Source: an uncultured Alphaproteobacteria bacterium
GTDB lineage: Bacteria; Pseudomonadota; Alphaproteobacteria; CAVTAV01
Assembly (NCBI GenBank): GCA_963732795.1
Contig: CAVTAV010000007.1
Location: 18,321 to 82,320, forward strand
Direction of reading: 5' to 3'
Length of the DNA stretch: 64,000 nt
The notes beneath the pieces were generated by a model, which was not told the origin of the DNA, searched no databases, and saw only the letters and a list, made by a program, of their open reading frames with translations. How positions within the stretch are numbered: position 1 is the first letter of the stretch; each line of letters opens with the position of its first letter. The position numbers and the translations under genes are program-made. Shown here piece by piece: positions 39,460 to 50,358 of the stretch.

Positions 39460-40342
39460 GCACTTTAACGGCTGACCCGCCGACCCGCACGATCTCCGTG
39501 CCGTGCTCTCCCGTCACTTCGACCGAGACGCGCCCGTCGCGGCCGAGCTCCGTGCCCTGCTCGGCCGTGTAGCGGAGGGGCCCACCATCCATCAGGCCGT
39601 GCCGCGCGATATAGGCCGCGACGCAGCCATTCGCCGACCCTGTTACCGGATCCTCGGGCACGCCGAGATGGGGCGCGAAGGCGCGCAGCTTGACCGAACA
39701 GCCTTTGGCGAGCGCACCGATCGAGAAGGCGCAGATGCCGTTGGTTTGCGACGCCGTGCCGATCGCGCCGACCCGGTCCATGTTCGGGGAGAGCGCGGCA
39801 AGCGCCTCGGGCGAGCTGAGCCGGGCGATCGACCACCAGACGCCGGTCGAAACCGCTTCAAGCGCCGGCTCGGCCACGTCGCCGATCGGGCAATTCAGCA
39901 CCTCCGCCACCGCGGCGCGGCTCGCGTCCATCGCGCGGAACCGGGGCTGCACCTGGGTCATGATGAAAGCGCGGGACTCGCCGTCGCCGCGGACCTCCAC
40001 GGGAATGATCCCGGCGCCGCATTCCTGGCGGATGATCGCGGGTTTGCCTTCGGGCGCGAACCGTCCGCTCGAGACCATGGCGAAGGCGGCGGAAATGGTG
40101 GGGTGGCCGGCGAAGGGAAGCTCGGCGCGCGGCGTGAAGATGCGGGCGCGGTAATCGGCTTCGACGACCGTCGGCGGCAAGAGGAAAACGGTTTCGGAGA
40201 GGTTCATCTCCGCCGCGATCCTGTGCATCTGGTCGGCCGAGAGATCGTCGCCGTCGAACACGACCGCGCAGGGGTTGCCCTTGTACCGTTCGGTGGTAAA
40301 GGCGTCGACCGTCCAGATATCTTGGTGATCATCGACCGGCAC
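39437..40342 (-). CDS. PhzF-family isomerase
   Basis: 301 aa. VDAFTTERYKGNPCAVV, LSETVFLLP and the second-half motif AFAPHLGVPEDPVTGSANG. Confidence 0.85.
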   Translation of the reverse strand: MPVDDHQDIWTVDAFTTERYKGNPCAVVFDGDDLSADQMHRIAAEMNLSETVFLLPPTVVEADYRARIFTPRAELPFAGHPTISAAFAMVSSGRFAPEGKPAIIRQECGAGIIPVEVRGDGESRAFIMTQVQPRFRAMDASRAAVAEVLNCPIGDVAEPALEAVSTGVWWSIARLSSPEALAALSPNMDRVGAIGTASQTNGICAFSIGALAKGCSVKLRAFAPHLGVPEDPVTGSANGCVAAYIARHGLMDGGPLRYTAEQGTELGRDGRVSVEVTGEHGTEIVRVGGSAVKVLEGKLFI

Positions 40343-40427
40343 TCTCGAATGCGTCGGTAGGCATAAACAAACCGGCCGGCTACCGCAAGGCAGCCAGCCG
40401 TTTATCGAGAGTGCGGAAAGTGTGACG

Positions 40428-41181
40428 TCAGCCGCGCTGGCCGACGGGCCAATAGCCGGACAGGATCCGCTCGCCCTTCTGGCCGCGCTCGATCTCGCCG
40501 ATTACGCGCCGGCCGATGCCGGAGATATTGTTCCGGTGCATGCGGTAGAAGAACAGCGGCTCGGCGATATGAAGGCCGGCCCAGCCATTGTCGACGATGC
40601 GCTGCCATTTATGGTGCTTGGTGCCCTTGCGGATCGTCTCGTCGAAGATGCCGGCCTCGACCATGGCGCGGGTCAGTACCACGGCGGGCTCCGGAATGAA
40701 GCTGTACTGAGCGAGAAGCCTTGGGTCGAACGCCGCCGAACGGCCGCGGTCGAGCCAGGTGCCCTCCTCGCTGATCAGGTTGCAGTCGGTATAGACGAAG
40801 CCGATGCTCGGATCCTCGGCATTGGCGCGCGACAGCTCGCCGATGCAGCGCCGGGCATAGCCCGAGGAGAGATAATCGTCGGCATCGAGAATGATGCAGT
40901 ATTGGCCATGGATATGGCTCATCGCGCGGTTGATCGCGGCGAGCTTGCCCTTGTTGTGGCGGCTCGGCAGGACCTCGACCCGGGCGAGGTCCTTGGTCAT
41001 CGGCAGGCATTCGCTGGACGATTTCCATGGAGTTGTCGGTGCTGCCGTCATCCACGATCACGAGCTCGATGGGCTCGTAGTCCTGCCGCACGACGCTTTC
41101 GATCGTCTTGGCGATATAGCGCCCGTAATTGTAGTTGGGCACCAGGATGGACAGCAGGCCCGTTTCATTCTGACTGGTCAT
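40428..41181 (-). pseudogene. Family-2 glycosyltransferase, frame-disrupted near 41020
   Basis: N-terminal ORF 40609..41181 (LSILVPNYNYGRYIAKTIESVVRQDYEPIELVIVDDGSTDNS). The remainder is in ORF 40428..41051 (NKGKLAAINRAMSHIHGQYCIILDADDYL). Confidence 0.8.
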
Positions 41182-41229
41182 ACTTTCACTCTCTCCAAGG
41201 CGGTTCCTGCGTACCGATCAGGCGCGCCC

Positions 41230-42332
41230 TTAGGCGTTGACGAACAAGTTCCCAGGCGACTCATCAAGCTCGCGGACAAGATTCGCGCATAACCGATTGA
41301 TCATGCGCGTATCTTCGTCGGAAATCGAGGCAATTTTTTGCTCGGCGTCCGGCTCGAACTTGGTGGCGTCCTCGTCGTCCTTCGAATGGAACCGGAATTG
41401 CTCCAGCATCACGGACATCTCGTCCGTCGGAATCTTGGCGTCGAGGCCGCGTCCGAGGATGGCCGGGAAGGTCGCCGGCGTGATGTCGGTATAGTTCACG
41501 AGATGGATGCCCTTCCGCACCGCCTTGAGCGCGGTTTGGAAGTAATTGGCATAGCATCGCGCGAGATATTCGATATCGGTCATGGCGGCCGTGTTGGCGC
41601 CGGGCTCGCCGACCAGGAAGCCCGCCTGCCGTCCGCCTTTGGATACCAGCGCCGCCGTCGTCTCCTTCATCACCGAGGCGATGACCTCGACCGGATCGCG
41701 GTAGAGGAAGACGCAGGGCACGTCGGGAAGGCGCGGGAGATGAAATCGAGATAGAGCACGTTCCAACTGATGAATTTCACGAAGCTCGTGTTCTGGTTCG
41801 ACCGGCGCTTGCGGCGTCATGGCGAGAACGAGGCGGCGGAACCGCGCCAGGTTCTCCGGGCTGACGTCTAGCTCGTGCCGCCAGTCGTTCGTCAGCTTGG
41901 ACCAGAAGCCGCGCTGCAAGCGGGCCGCCCTGGTTGATGACGATATTGTGCTCCGAGCGCGCGACGGCCTTGGCCACCAGGGTCGAGCCGCAGCGCGAGA
42001 CATGGAAGATGAAGCCGGTCGGATAAATCCCGTCGGCGCAGACCGCGTCGTCGTCGAGAATGTCGAAATCGCTGGTGAAGGTCATGCCGATCGCGTCGGC
42101 TTCGGCGAGATGCTTGATGGTGTAGATGAACTGCCACTCGCGCAGCGGATAGTCCCCGAGATCGGCCCAGTAGATCTCTGCCGTCGCCGAACGGATCGAT
42201 CGCCACCGGCACGACGCCCGGATTGTCGGCGATCGCGCGCAAGGCCTCGGCGCGATCGAGATGATTATCCTCGATACCCGGCAGAAGGGCTCCGACCACC
42301 TCGTGGTCGGGCAAAGCGAACAACGCTGTCAC
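41230..42332 (-). pseudogene. Sulfotransferase-family protein, about 2 frame disruptions (near 42188 and 41935)
   Basis: Three frame pieces. The middle one carries a PAPS-loop-like FIFHVSRCGSTLVAKA. The last one carries PCVFLYRDPVEVIASV and ...LVNYTDI.... A putative GTG start at 42332 is preceded by GGAGAG. Confidence 0.55.
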
Positions 42333-42616
42333 GTACCTACGCTCTCCTCGGAATCTTATTCGGGCCATTTTGCCGCAAGGGGCCTATGGCGCTCGCAACT
42401 TTTATGTCCTGTGACAACGCGGACCGCCCCGGCCGTTCACCTTTGGGCGGTCATGAGTCTGTCGAGCTGGACCGGCGATCCCGACCGGTATCACAGGAGA
42501 TTAGGTCCGTAATATCAAGTGGTAAAGGCCTTTTTGACCTTGCGGCTCGACGACGTGATCCGGCACTATATCTTGGCATTCTTGCGCTTTGTCAGCGCGT
42601 AAATATAGATAGTGGA

Positions 42617-44032
42617 ATGACCTCTGTTTACAAGAACCCGGTAAAGGCGTTCGGAGCATGGCTCGCGGGCGCGTCACGCGAGTGGCCCGAAGCGGCCGTC
42701 AGATCGGCCCATCGCGAGTTCATCGATGTGATTGCGGTGATGGTGCCGGGCGCGGTCGAGCCCGTCACGCGGCATGTCTTCGAGACGGTGAAGGGATGGG
42801 GCACGGGATCCTCGACGGCGGTCGGCCATTCGCCGAAACTGGCCGCTCCCTGGGCCGCGCTGGTGAACGGCACGGCCGGCCATGCGCTCGATTTCGACGA
42901 CAATTTCGATCCGCCCAAGGCCCATGCGACGACGGTGCTGGCGCCCGCGATCCTGGCTCTGGCCGAGCAGGAAGATCTCTCCGGCGCGGATTGCATCGAC
43001 GCCTATATCGTCGGACTGCAGATCATGGGCCGGGTCGGGCAGGGCGTGAACCCGACCCATCGCAATCGAGGCTGGCATGCCACCGCCACCGTCGGCGCGA
43101 TCGGCGCGGCGGCGGCTTGCGCGCGGCTCTTGAAGCTCGATCCCGAAAAAGCGGCTTACGCAGTCTCGATCTCGACCAGCATGGCGGCCGGCTTCATGTC
43201 GCAATTCGGCACCATGACCAAGCCCTTGCATGCCGGCCTTGCCGCCAAGTCGGGCATTCTCGCGGCGAGCTTCGCGCAAAACGGCGTCGATGCCGGCCTG
43301 GAGACGCTCGACAGCAAGACCGGCATGAACCACCTGATGGTCGGGCCGGACTACGAGGAGCTGCGCGACGCGATCACCAATCCCGAGCACGGCCAGATCC
43401 TGCAATTCGAGACCGAGCATGTCGGCGAGCCGCTCCTGATCCTGGAGCATGGCTTCCGGGTGAAGCGTTTCCCGAATTGCGGTAGCGCCCACCGCGCAAT
43501 GGACGGTGTGATCGCGATCCGCGAGGAGCAGAACTTGAAGCCCGAGGATTTCGCCCGGATCGATATCCGCGCCCCGCGCGTCCATCTCAACAACCTCATG
43601 CATCACGATCCCAAGACCGGGCTTCAGGGCAAATTCTCGATGGAATATGCGCTGGCGCTCTCGGTTCTCTACGGCAACGCGACCCTCGCCGATTTCACCG
43701 ACGAGGCGCTGGAGCGCCCGGAACCCAAGGCGGTCTATCACATCCTGCATCTCGAGCCGGTGGACAAGCTCGAAGGCGAGTTCCCGACCGAGGTCAAGGT
43801 CACGACGAAGGACGGCCGGATCTTCGAGAAGACCATCGACATGCCTCTGGGTAGCGGCCCGGCGCCGTTCACGACCGCGCAGTACTGGACCAAGTTCGAC
43901 GGCTGCGTCGCGGGCATTCTGCCGGACGACACGACTGCGAGCCTGAAAGCGGCGCTCGATCGATTGCCGGAGCTCAAAAGCATCTCGGAGCTGATGCGGC
44001 ATATGGTCTGGCCGCTGTCGGCCGCGGCTTGA
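42617..44032 (+). CDS. MmgE/PrpD-family protein (2-methylcitrate dehydratase family)
   Basis: Start at ATG 42617 (MTSVYKNPVKAFGAW...). AALVNGTAGHALDFDD, WHATATVGAIGAAAA, GTMTKPLHAGLAA. The upstream 266 codons of the annotated ORF are antisense to the sulfotransferase gene. Confidence 0.85.
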   Translation: MTSVYKNPVKAFGAWLAGASREWPEAAVRSAHREFIDVIAVMVPGAVEPVTRHVFETVKGWGTGSSTAVGHSPKLAAPWAALVNGTAGHALDFDDNFDPPKAHATTVLAPAILALAEQEDLSGADCIDAYIVGLQIMGRVGQGVNPTHRNRGWHATATVGAIGAAAACARLLKLDPEKAAYAVSISTSMAAGFMSQFGTMTKPLHAGLAAKSGILAASFAQNGVDAGLETLDSKTGMNHLMVGPDYEELRDAITNPEHGQILQFETEHVGEPLLILEHGFRVKRFPNCGSAHRAMDGVIAIREEQNLKPEDFARIDIRAPRVHLNNLMHHDPKTGLQGKFSMEYALALSVLYGNATLADFTDEALERPEPKAVYHILHLEPVDKLEGEFPTEVKVTTKDGRIFEKTIDMPLGSGPAPFTTAQYWTKFDGCVAGILPDDTTASLKAALDRLPELKSISELMRHMVWPLSAAA

Positions 44033-44076
44033 CACGGCACGCGTCCAACTTAGGTGGTTCATCAAAGGCGGTTGTC

Positions 44077-44885
44077 ATGGTTCAAGCCAATGCGCTCGTG
44101 ATGGCCGCAAGCCGCAAGGGCGCGCGCGATCCGGTCGCACAGATGCAGAACAAGTCGCACAAATGCCTCGTCGAGATCGACGGCGAGGTGATGCTCGTCC
44201 GCGTCATCAACGCGCTGTTCGACAGCGGCCATATCGGCACGGTCTATGTCTCGATCGAAGGCGAGGAGCCGTTGCGGACTGTGCCGCGCCTCGCCCAATG
44301 GCTCGACGAAGGCCGGGTCAAGGTGGCCACGAGCGAAGGCAATCTCGCCGACAGCGTGCTCGCCGGCGTGCCGACCAAATGACGGAGCCGTTCCCGTTTC
44401 TCATCACCACCGGCGACAACGCCCTCCACACGCCCGAGCTCATTCGCGAATTCATGGAAGCGTTCTGGACGCTCGACGGCGACGTCGCGCTCGGCTTCAC
44501 CAGCGAAGCCGTGGTCGCCAAGGAGATCCCGGATTCCGGCCTCGCGTACCATCGCTTGAAGGACGGCGGCTATTCGTCGTGCAATCTCTATGGCATGCGG
44601 CGCGAGAAGGCGCTGAACGGCGTGCGCGTCTTCGCGAGCGGCGGCCAGTTCGGCAAGCGCCACATCCGCATCCTGAAGGCCTTCGGGATCATGCCCTTCA
44701 TCCTCTACAAGCTCCGCGCCGTGGGCATCCATAAGATGGCGAATTGGCTCGGCCGCGGCGTCGGCGTGACGGTCGATATCATCGACCTGCCCTATGCATT
44801 CGGCCCCATCGACGTCGACAACCCGCGATCGTTCGCGCTCTCCGAGCGCCTGTTGCAGGCGCGGCGGGAAAAGGTGCCGGCTTAG
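44077..44885 (+). pseudogene. MobA-like (NTP_transf_3) nucleotidyltransferase family protein, frame-disrupted near 44380
   Basis: N-terminus MVQANALVMAASRKG...KCLVEIDGEVML in ORF 44029..44382. It continues FLITTGDNALHTPELI... in ORF 44163..44885. Confidence 0.65.
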
Positions 44886-44887
44886 CC

Positions 44888-45577
44888 ATGCCAAGCTTTC
44901 GGTTTCTCACCCTCGCGGCGCTCGCCGTCCTCGCCGCCGGTTGCGCGAAGACCGTCAACACGGCGCCGCCCTCCGCCAAGGCGCAGACCGAGGCGCAGAC
45001 CGCCCCGCAGGACCTGCGCACGCGGATCGAGCTTTTCGATTGCCCGAGCTACGGCGACGTCGTCGTCCATTACAGCTTCGGCGAGGTCACGCTGATCCTG
45101 AAGGATCGGACCCTCGTCCTGCCCCAGACGCCGGCGGCCTCCGGCTCGAAATACGGCGACGAGGGTAACCTGTTCTGGGAGAAGGCGCCGGACGCCATGG
45201 TCGCTCTCGTCGGCAAGCCGCAGGAAACCTGCCGGAACGATCCCGCGCGCGCGGCCTGGGTCGATGCCTGGCGGCGCGGCGTCAGCTACCGGGCCGAGGG
45301 AACCGATCCGGCCTGGTGGGTCGATATCCTGGATGGCGACCACATCACTCTCGGCCTCCATGACGGCGACGACATCGTCCGCGCGCCGGCCAACCCGCCG
45401 AAGCGCGAGGACGGCAATCGCGTCTATGAGAGCGATTCCGACGACGGCAAGCTGATCGTCACCATCACGCCCGGCAAGTGCCGCATCCGTCGGGAGCCGA
45501 TCGTCTATCCGGACACGGTCACGGTTCAGCTTCGCGACGCCATGTTTGCCGGATGCGGCAAGCCCGCGGAGCGATGA
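44888..45577 (+). CDS. Lipoprotein with an MliC-like domain
   Basis: Start at ATG 44888. Lipobox LAVLAAGC. LVLPQTPAASGSKYGDEGNLFWEKAPDAMV resembles the MliC (lysozyme-inhibitor) core. Confidence 0.6.
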   Translation: MPSFRFLTLAALAVLAAGCAKTVNTAPPSAKAQTEAQTAPQDLRTRIELFDCPSYGDVVVHYSFGEVTLILKDRTLVLPQTPAASGSKYGDEGNLFWEKAPDAMVALVGKPQETCRNDPARAAWVDAWRRGVSYRAEGTDPAWWVDILDGDHITLGLHDGDDIVRAPANPPKREDGNRVYESDSDDGKLIVTITPGKCRIRREPIVYPDTVTVQLRDAMFAGCGKPAER

Positions 45578-45580
45578 TGC

Positions 45581-46267
45581 TCAAACGATTTCGATCGACA
45601 CCGATCCGACGCCCTCGAGCGACGCGTCGACCTTGTCGCCGCGCACAAGCGGGCCCACGCCGGCCGGGGTGCCGGTAAAGATCAGATCGCCGGGCATCAG
45701 GCGGTAGCCGCGCGAGAGCTGGGAGACGACCTCGACGGCGTTCCAGATCATCAGCTCGATGTCGGACTTTTGCTTGGTGGCGCCGTTGACCGCGAGCTCG
45801 ATCGTGCCCTTGGCCGGCACGGGGCCGCCGCTTAGAGGCTTGAGGGGCGAGCAGGGCGCGGCGTGGTCGAAGGCCTTACCGATCTCCCAGGGCCGCTTGG
45901 CGTCGCGCGCCTCGAACTGGAGGTCCCGGCGCGTCAGGTCGATGCCGACCGCGACACCGTAGACGCAGCCGCTCGCCGCATCCGGCGCAACCTCGAAGGC
46001 CTCGCGGCCGATGGCGAGAACGTATTCCACTTCGTGATGGAAATTCTTGGTCAGCGGCGGATAGGGGATCTTGCCACCCATCGGCACGATCGCGTCGGTC
46101 GGCTTCTGGAAGAAGAACGGCGGGTCGCGGTCGTCGTTGCCCATCTCCTTGATGTGGTCGAGATAGTTTCGGCCGACGCAATAGATCCGCCGCACCGCGA
46201 AGAGCTTGTCGGTGCCGAGAACCGGCAGGGCCGGCCTCGCTCCGAGATCGAAAACATAGTCAGGCAC
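45581..46267 (-). CDS. Fumarylacetoacetate hydrolase family protein (candidate fumarylpyruvate hydrolase)
   Basis: GTG start at 46267 preceded by GGAGGA. RIYCVGRNYLDHIKEMG, FHHEVEYVLAIG, GDLIFTGTPAGVG. Has an 8-nt overlap with the gentisate dioxygenase gene. Confidence 0.8.
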   Translation of the reverse strand: MPDYVFDLGARPALPVLGTDKLFAVRRIYCVGRNYLDHIKEMGNDDRDPPFFFQKPTDAIVPMGGKIPYPPLTKNFHHEVEYVLAIGREAFEVAPDAASGCVYGVAVGIDLTRRDLQFEARDAKRPWEIGKAFDHAAPCSPLKPLSGGPVPAKGTIELAVNGATKQKSDIELMIWNAVEVVSQLSRGYRLMPGDLIFTGTPAGVGPLVRGDKVDASLEGVGSVSIEIV

Positions 46268-47360
46268 TCGGCTTTTCCTCCCGCCAGATATCGAGTTTCT
46301 CCTGCGCCACGCGGTCCGAATAGAGGAACACGACGGCATCCTCGGACGCGGTGTGCTCGTGCAAGGTCCAGCTCGGCGCGACGAAGATGTCCTTCGGTCC
46401 CCACTCGAAGGTCTCGTCGCCGATTTTGGACGTTCCGCTGCCCTCGACAATCGAGAACACCAAGCTGTCGGTCGAGCGGTAGCCGCGCGTCGTGAAGCCC
46501 TTGGGGATGAGCTGCAGCCAGGTCGAGATCGTCGGCATCGCCCAGTCGCCGCTCACCGGATTGATGTATTTCATCTTGTAGGCGTGCCACGGATCGGGAT
46601 CGCGCAGCCGGGCCAGCGCGTCCAGGGCCTCGCGCGATTTCGAATAAGGGTAGTTGAAGATCGGCGTCGTTTTGGACTCGTGCTTCACGTCGACGGGCAG
46701 GAGGTTGTAGCCGAACTCGGCTTCCGCGCTGCCCTCGGGCCGGTCGTTGGGATGCACCTTGCCGGGATAGCCGTCGCGGAAGCTCGCCGCGAACAGGTTG
46801 ACGATATGCATGTCGAGCCCGTCGAGCCACACCATCGGTCCGTCGCCGACATTGCCGTGATCGTGCCAGGCCATGGACGGCGTGATTACGAAGTCACCGG
46901 GCTCCATCATCGTCCGCTCGCCGCCGACGGCGGTATAGGCATTCTTACCCTCGATGATGAACCGGAGCGCGGACGCCACATGGCGATGGGCCGGCGCGAT
47001 CTCGCCCGGCAGGATCACCTGATAGCCGCCAAACAGGCTCTGTGTAATCCGTGACTGGCCGGGGAGGCCCGGGTTTTCGAGCACCAGCACGCGGCGCTCG
47101 GCTTCCTCGGCGCCGATCAGCCGGCAGGCCTCCATGAGATAGGGCCGGACGTCCTTGTAGTGCCAGATTGCCGGCACGCATTTGGTCACCGGCTTCTCCG
47201 TCACCAAGCCGCCGAGCACGCGCCACAGCGGCGCCAGATGCTCGGCCTTGGCGCGATCATAGAACTCCTGCCGGCCTTCCTCGGCCGCAAGATCCACGGT
47301 CTCGACAATGCCGCCGCGATCGGGTTTGGAACCGGCTCGTGCGCTTTGCGAGGATGTCAT
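46260..47360 (-). CDS. Gentisate 1,2-dioxygenase
   Basis: 366-aa bicupin. ...LENPGLPGQSRITQSLFGGYQVILPGEIAPAHRHVASALRFIIEG...WHDHGN.... Confidence 0.85.
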   Translation of the reverse strand: MTSSQSARAGSKPDRGGIVETVDLAAEEGRQEFYDRAKAEHLAPLWRVLGGLVTEKPVTKCVPAIWHYKDVRPYLMEACRLIGAEEAERRVLVLENPGLPGQSRITQSLFGGYQVILPGEIAPAHRHVASALRFIIEGKNAYTAVGGERTMMEPGDFVITPSMAWHDHGNVGDGPMVWLDGLDMHIVNLFAASFRDGYPGKVHPNDRPEGSAEAEFGYNLLPVDVKHESKTTPIFNYPYSKSREALDALARLRDPDPWHAYKMKYINPVSGDWAMPTISTWLQLIPKGFTTRGYRSTDSLVFSIVEGSGTSKIGDETFEWGPKDIFVAPSWTLHEHTASEDAVVFLYSDRVAQEKLDIWREEKPSA

Positions 47361-47436
47361 GACGTTCTCCCCCTAGTCGCCTGGGTCGAGTCTCTGCCGT
47401 CCGCGCGCCGGATGCAAGACCGATCACCGGCAAAGA

Positions 47437-47466
47437 TTGACAGCCGGAAAACCATCTCTGTCTAAT
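47437..47466 (+). promoter_or_regulatory. Sigma70-like promoter candidate for the FadB-like gene
   Basis: TTGACA (47437-47442), an 18-nt spacer, then TCTAAT (47461-47466), about 55 nt upstream of ATG 47521. The palindrome CGCGAT-A-ATCGCG at 47489-47501 lies between the promoter candidate and the start. Confidence 0.3.
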
Positions 47467-47520
47467 GCGCCGAAGCGCAACATTCATGCGCGATAATCGC
47501 GTCGCCGGGATTGGGAAAGG

Positions 47521-49627
47521 GTGAGGCTCGTGTCCGTCGTAAGCTATTCAAGAGAAGGAAACGTCGCCGTCCTCACGCTCGACAGCCCGCCCGTGAATGC
47601 GCTGAGCCACAAGGTGCGCAAGGCGCTCCTGGAAGGGTTCGAGCGCGCCGCGGAAGACGAGAGCGCCGAGGCGATCGTGCTGATCTGCGCCGGTCAGACC
47701 TTTATCGCCGGCGCCGACATCACCGAGTTTCAGAACGGCATGTTCTTCGCCGAACCGACGCTCTACGACGTGCAGGATGCCATGGAGGCGAGCGCGAAGC
47801 CGATCGTCGCCGCGATCCACGGCACGGCGCTCGGTGGCGGCTTCGAGGTCGCGCTTACCTGCCATTGGCGGGTCGCGGTCGAGGACGCGCGGTTCGGCTT
47901 TCCCGAGGTTAATCTCGGCGTGTTGCCGGGCGCGGCGGGCACTCAGCGCTTCACGCGCTTGGCGGGGCCGAAGCTCGCTTTGGAGTACATCATCAGCGGC
48001 CGCCAATTCGGCGCGCCCAAGGCCCTGGAGTGGGGCGCCGTCGATGCCGTCGTCGACGATCTCGAAGCCGGTGCGATCGGCTTCGCGCGCAAGGTTGTGG
48101 CAGAAAAGCGTCCCTTGCGGCTGGTTCGCAACATGACCGAGAAGGTGACCGGTATCGATCCAAAGGTTTTCGCCGATGCCTATGCCACGGTCGCGACGAC
48201 GCGCCGCGGGCTCGATGCGCCGCCGAAGATCATGGAATGCATCGAGGCGGCCTGCACGCTTGCCGCCCGACAAGGGCTTCGCCGTCGAGACCGACCGGTT
48301 CAACGAACTGCGCGACGGCGGGCAGAACCGCGCCCTCGTGTATCAGTTCTTTGCCGAGCGCGAGGCGCGCAAGATTCCGCAAATGCTCGAAGAGCGTGAA
48401 GCCGATCCCGATCGCCTCCGCCGCGGTGATCGGCGCGGGCACCATGGGCGGCGGCATCGCGATGTGCTTCGCCAACGCCGGCATTCCCGTCGCCCTGGTC
48501 GACGCGAATGCCGATGCCCTGGCGCGCGGCCGCAAGATCATCGAGGCGAACTATGCACGCTCGGTTCAGCGCGGCAGCCGCACGCAAGCCTCGGTCGACA
48601 AGGCCCTTGGCCTGATCGCGCCGGCGCTCGACTTCGAAGCCGTGGGTGACGCCGATATCGTTGTCGAGGCGGTGTTCGAGGATATGGGCGTCAAGAAGGA
48701 CGTGTTCGCCCGGCTCGACGCGGCAGCGAAGCCCGACGCGATCCTAGCCACCAACACCTCGACCCTCGACATCGATGAGATCGCCCGCGCGACCAGCCGG
48801 TCCGAAAAGGTCGTCGGCGCACACTTCTTCAGCCCGGCGAATGTGATGCGCGTGCTGGAGAACGTGCGCGGCAAGGAGACGTCCGACGAGACCATCGCCA
48901 CCGTCATGGCGCTCGGGCGAACGCTCGGCAAGATCGCGGTGCTGGCGGGAAATTGCCATGGCTTCATCGGCAACCGCATGTTCGAATTCTGCATGGACGA
49001 GGCGAATTTTCTTCTCGAGGACGGCGCTACGCCGGACCAGATCGACGGCGCGATGGAGGAGTTCGGCATGGCGATGGGGCCGCTCGCGACCATCGATCTT
49101 GCCGGCGTCGATGTCGTGCAGCTCATCAACAAGGCGCGCGCGCCGCTTCTGCCCAAAGGCGAGCGCGTCTCGCCGATCATCGAGCGGCTGCATTTCCATG
49201 GCCGCCTCGGCCAGAAGACGGCCAAGGGCTACTATGCCTATGACGGCCGCAAGCGCTCGCCGGATCCGGAAGCGATGGGCATCATCGAGCATGTCTCGAA
49301 GGAGCTCCACATCAAACGCCGCAAGATTTCATCGGGCGAGATCGTCGCCCGGCTTCTGCATCCGATGATCAACGAAGGCGCGCGGATTCTCGAAGAGCAT
49401 ATCGCGCTTCGGCCCGGCGATATCGACGTGCTTTTTGTCCACGGCTACGGTTTTCCCGCCTATCGCGGCGGACCGATGTATCTGGGGCCAGTCGACCGGT
49501 CTCGAGCATGTGATCGAGACCGCGCGCGACTGCGCGAAGCGTCACGGCCCACGATGGGCGCCGGCGCCGCTGCTCGAGAACTCTCGTCGCGAAAGGCGAG
49601 CCGCTCATCCCTTCCGAATTGAAATGA
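47521..49627 (+). pseudogene. Bifunctional enoyl-CoA hydratase / 3-hydroxyacyl-CoA dehydrogenase (FadB/FadJ-like), about 4 frame disruptions (near 48262, 48390, 49485, 49575)
   Basis: Crotonase part (FIAGADITEF, AAIHGTALGGGFEVAL) in ORF 47521. Linker DKGFAVETDRFNEL... in ORF 48176. Dehydrogenase part (AAVIGAGTMGGGIA...TNTSTL...HFFSPANVM) in ORF 48030. The tail is in two further frames, ending at TGA 49625-49627. Confidence 0.8.
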
Positions 49628-49710
49628 CTGACCGGCGTCGCATCATCGCGAATCTGCCTTCGTGAAATCCCGTCGAAACGGTAATGGAAATTTTACCATA
49701 GGAAGCAAAC

Positions 49711-50211
49711 ATGGCCGCCGTCATTCAAGGGAGAAAGACCGTCGCGATCGACGGAGACTTCGTGGTCTTTCTCATCGGCATGAGGATCAATTCGTTTTGG
49801 AAGATCTGGAAGTGGTGGCCGGCCGTGTCAGCGATGCCGCGTATGTTGCGGGAGCTGGCCCGGAATCCGGATCTCGGACTCCTCCATGCGCGAACCCATC
49901 TGGGCTTGAGATCGGCGACGGTGATTCAGTATTGGCGCTCCTTCGCCCAGCTTCATGCCTACGCGACCAATCGCGCCAACGAACATCTTCCCGCCTGGAC
50001 CGCGTTCAACCGCGCGGTCGATGCCAACCCGGATGTCGGGATATGGCACGAGAGCTATCTCGTCCGCGCGGGAGAGTACGAATGCATCTATCGCGACATG
50101 CCGCGATGGGGCCTCGCCAATGCCGGTACGCTTGTCGATGCGACCGGCCAATCGACGTCCGCCAAAGGACGTCTGAAGTTGAGTCAGGGAGACGATCAGG
50201 CAGTGTCGTGA
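49711..50211 (+). CDS. DUF4188 domain-containing protein
   Basis: 166 aa. FVVFLIGMRINSFWKIWKWWPAVSAMPRMLRELARNP...IQYWRSFAQLHAYA matches my memory of the DUF4188 family pattern. Confidence 0.65.
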   Translation: MAAVIQGRKTVAIDGDFVVFLIGMRINSFWKIWKWWPAVSAMPRMLRELARNPDLGLLHARTHLGLRSATVIQYWRSFAQLHAYATNRANEHLPAWTAFNRAVDANPDVGIWHESYLVRAGEYECIYRDMPRWGLANAGTLVDATGQSTSAKGRLKLSQGDDQAVS

Positions 50212-50289
50212 GATCCGTATTGCTGTTCGGCGATCGACGAGGACGCAACAATATCTTGTGGGCAGGATTGACACGTACCCCAAAATATG

Positions 50290-50318
50290 TTGACACGAAT
50301 CGTGCGAACAAGTAATGG
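50290..50318 (+). promoter_or_regulatory. Sigma70-like promoter candidate for the histone-like gene
   Basis: TTGACA (50290-50295), a 17-nt spacer, then TAATGG (50313-50318), about 40 nt upstream of ATG 50359. A second TTGACACG copy lies 22 bp upstream at 50268. Confidence 0.35.
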
Positions 50319-50358
50319 GCAATGTTGGTCAACTAATTCACCGAAGGGGAGTGAAGCC

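Noticed and set aside
41819-42616. A 266-codon N-terminal extension of the PrpD-family ORF.
   Set aside because: The extension is antisense to the sulfotransferase gene and is Arg-rich nonsense. ATG 42617 begins the recognisable PrpD-family N-terminus.
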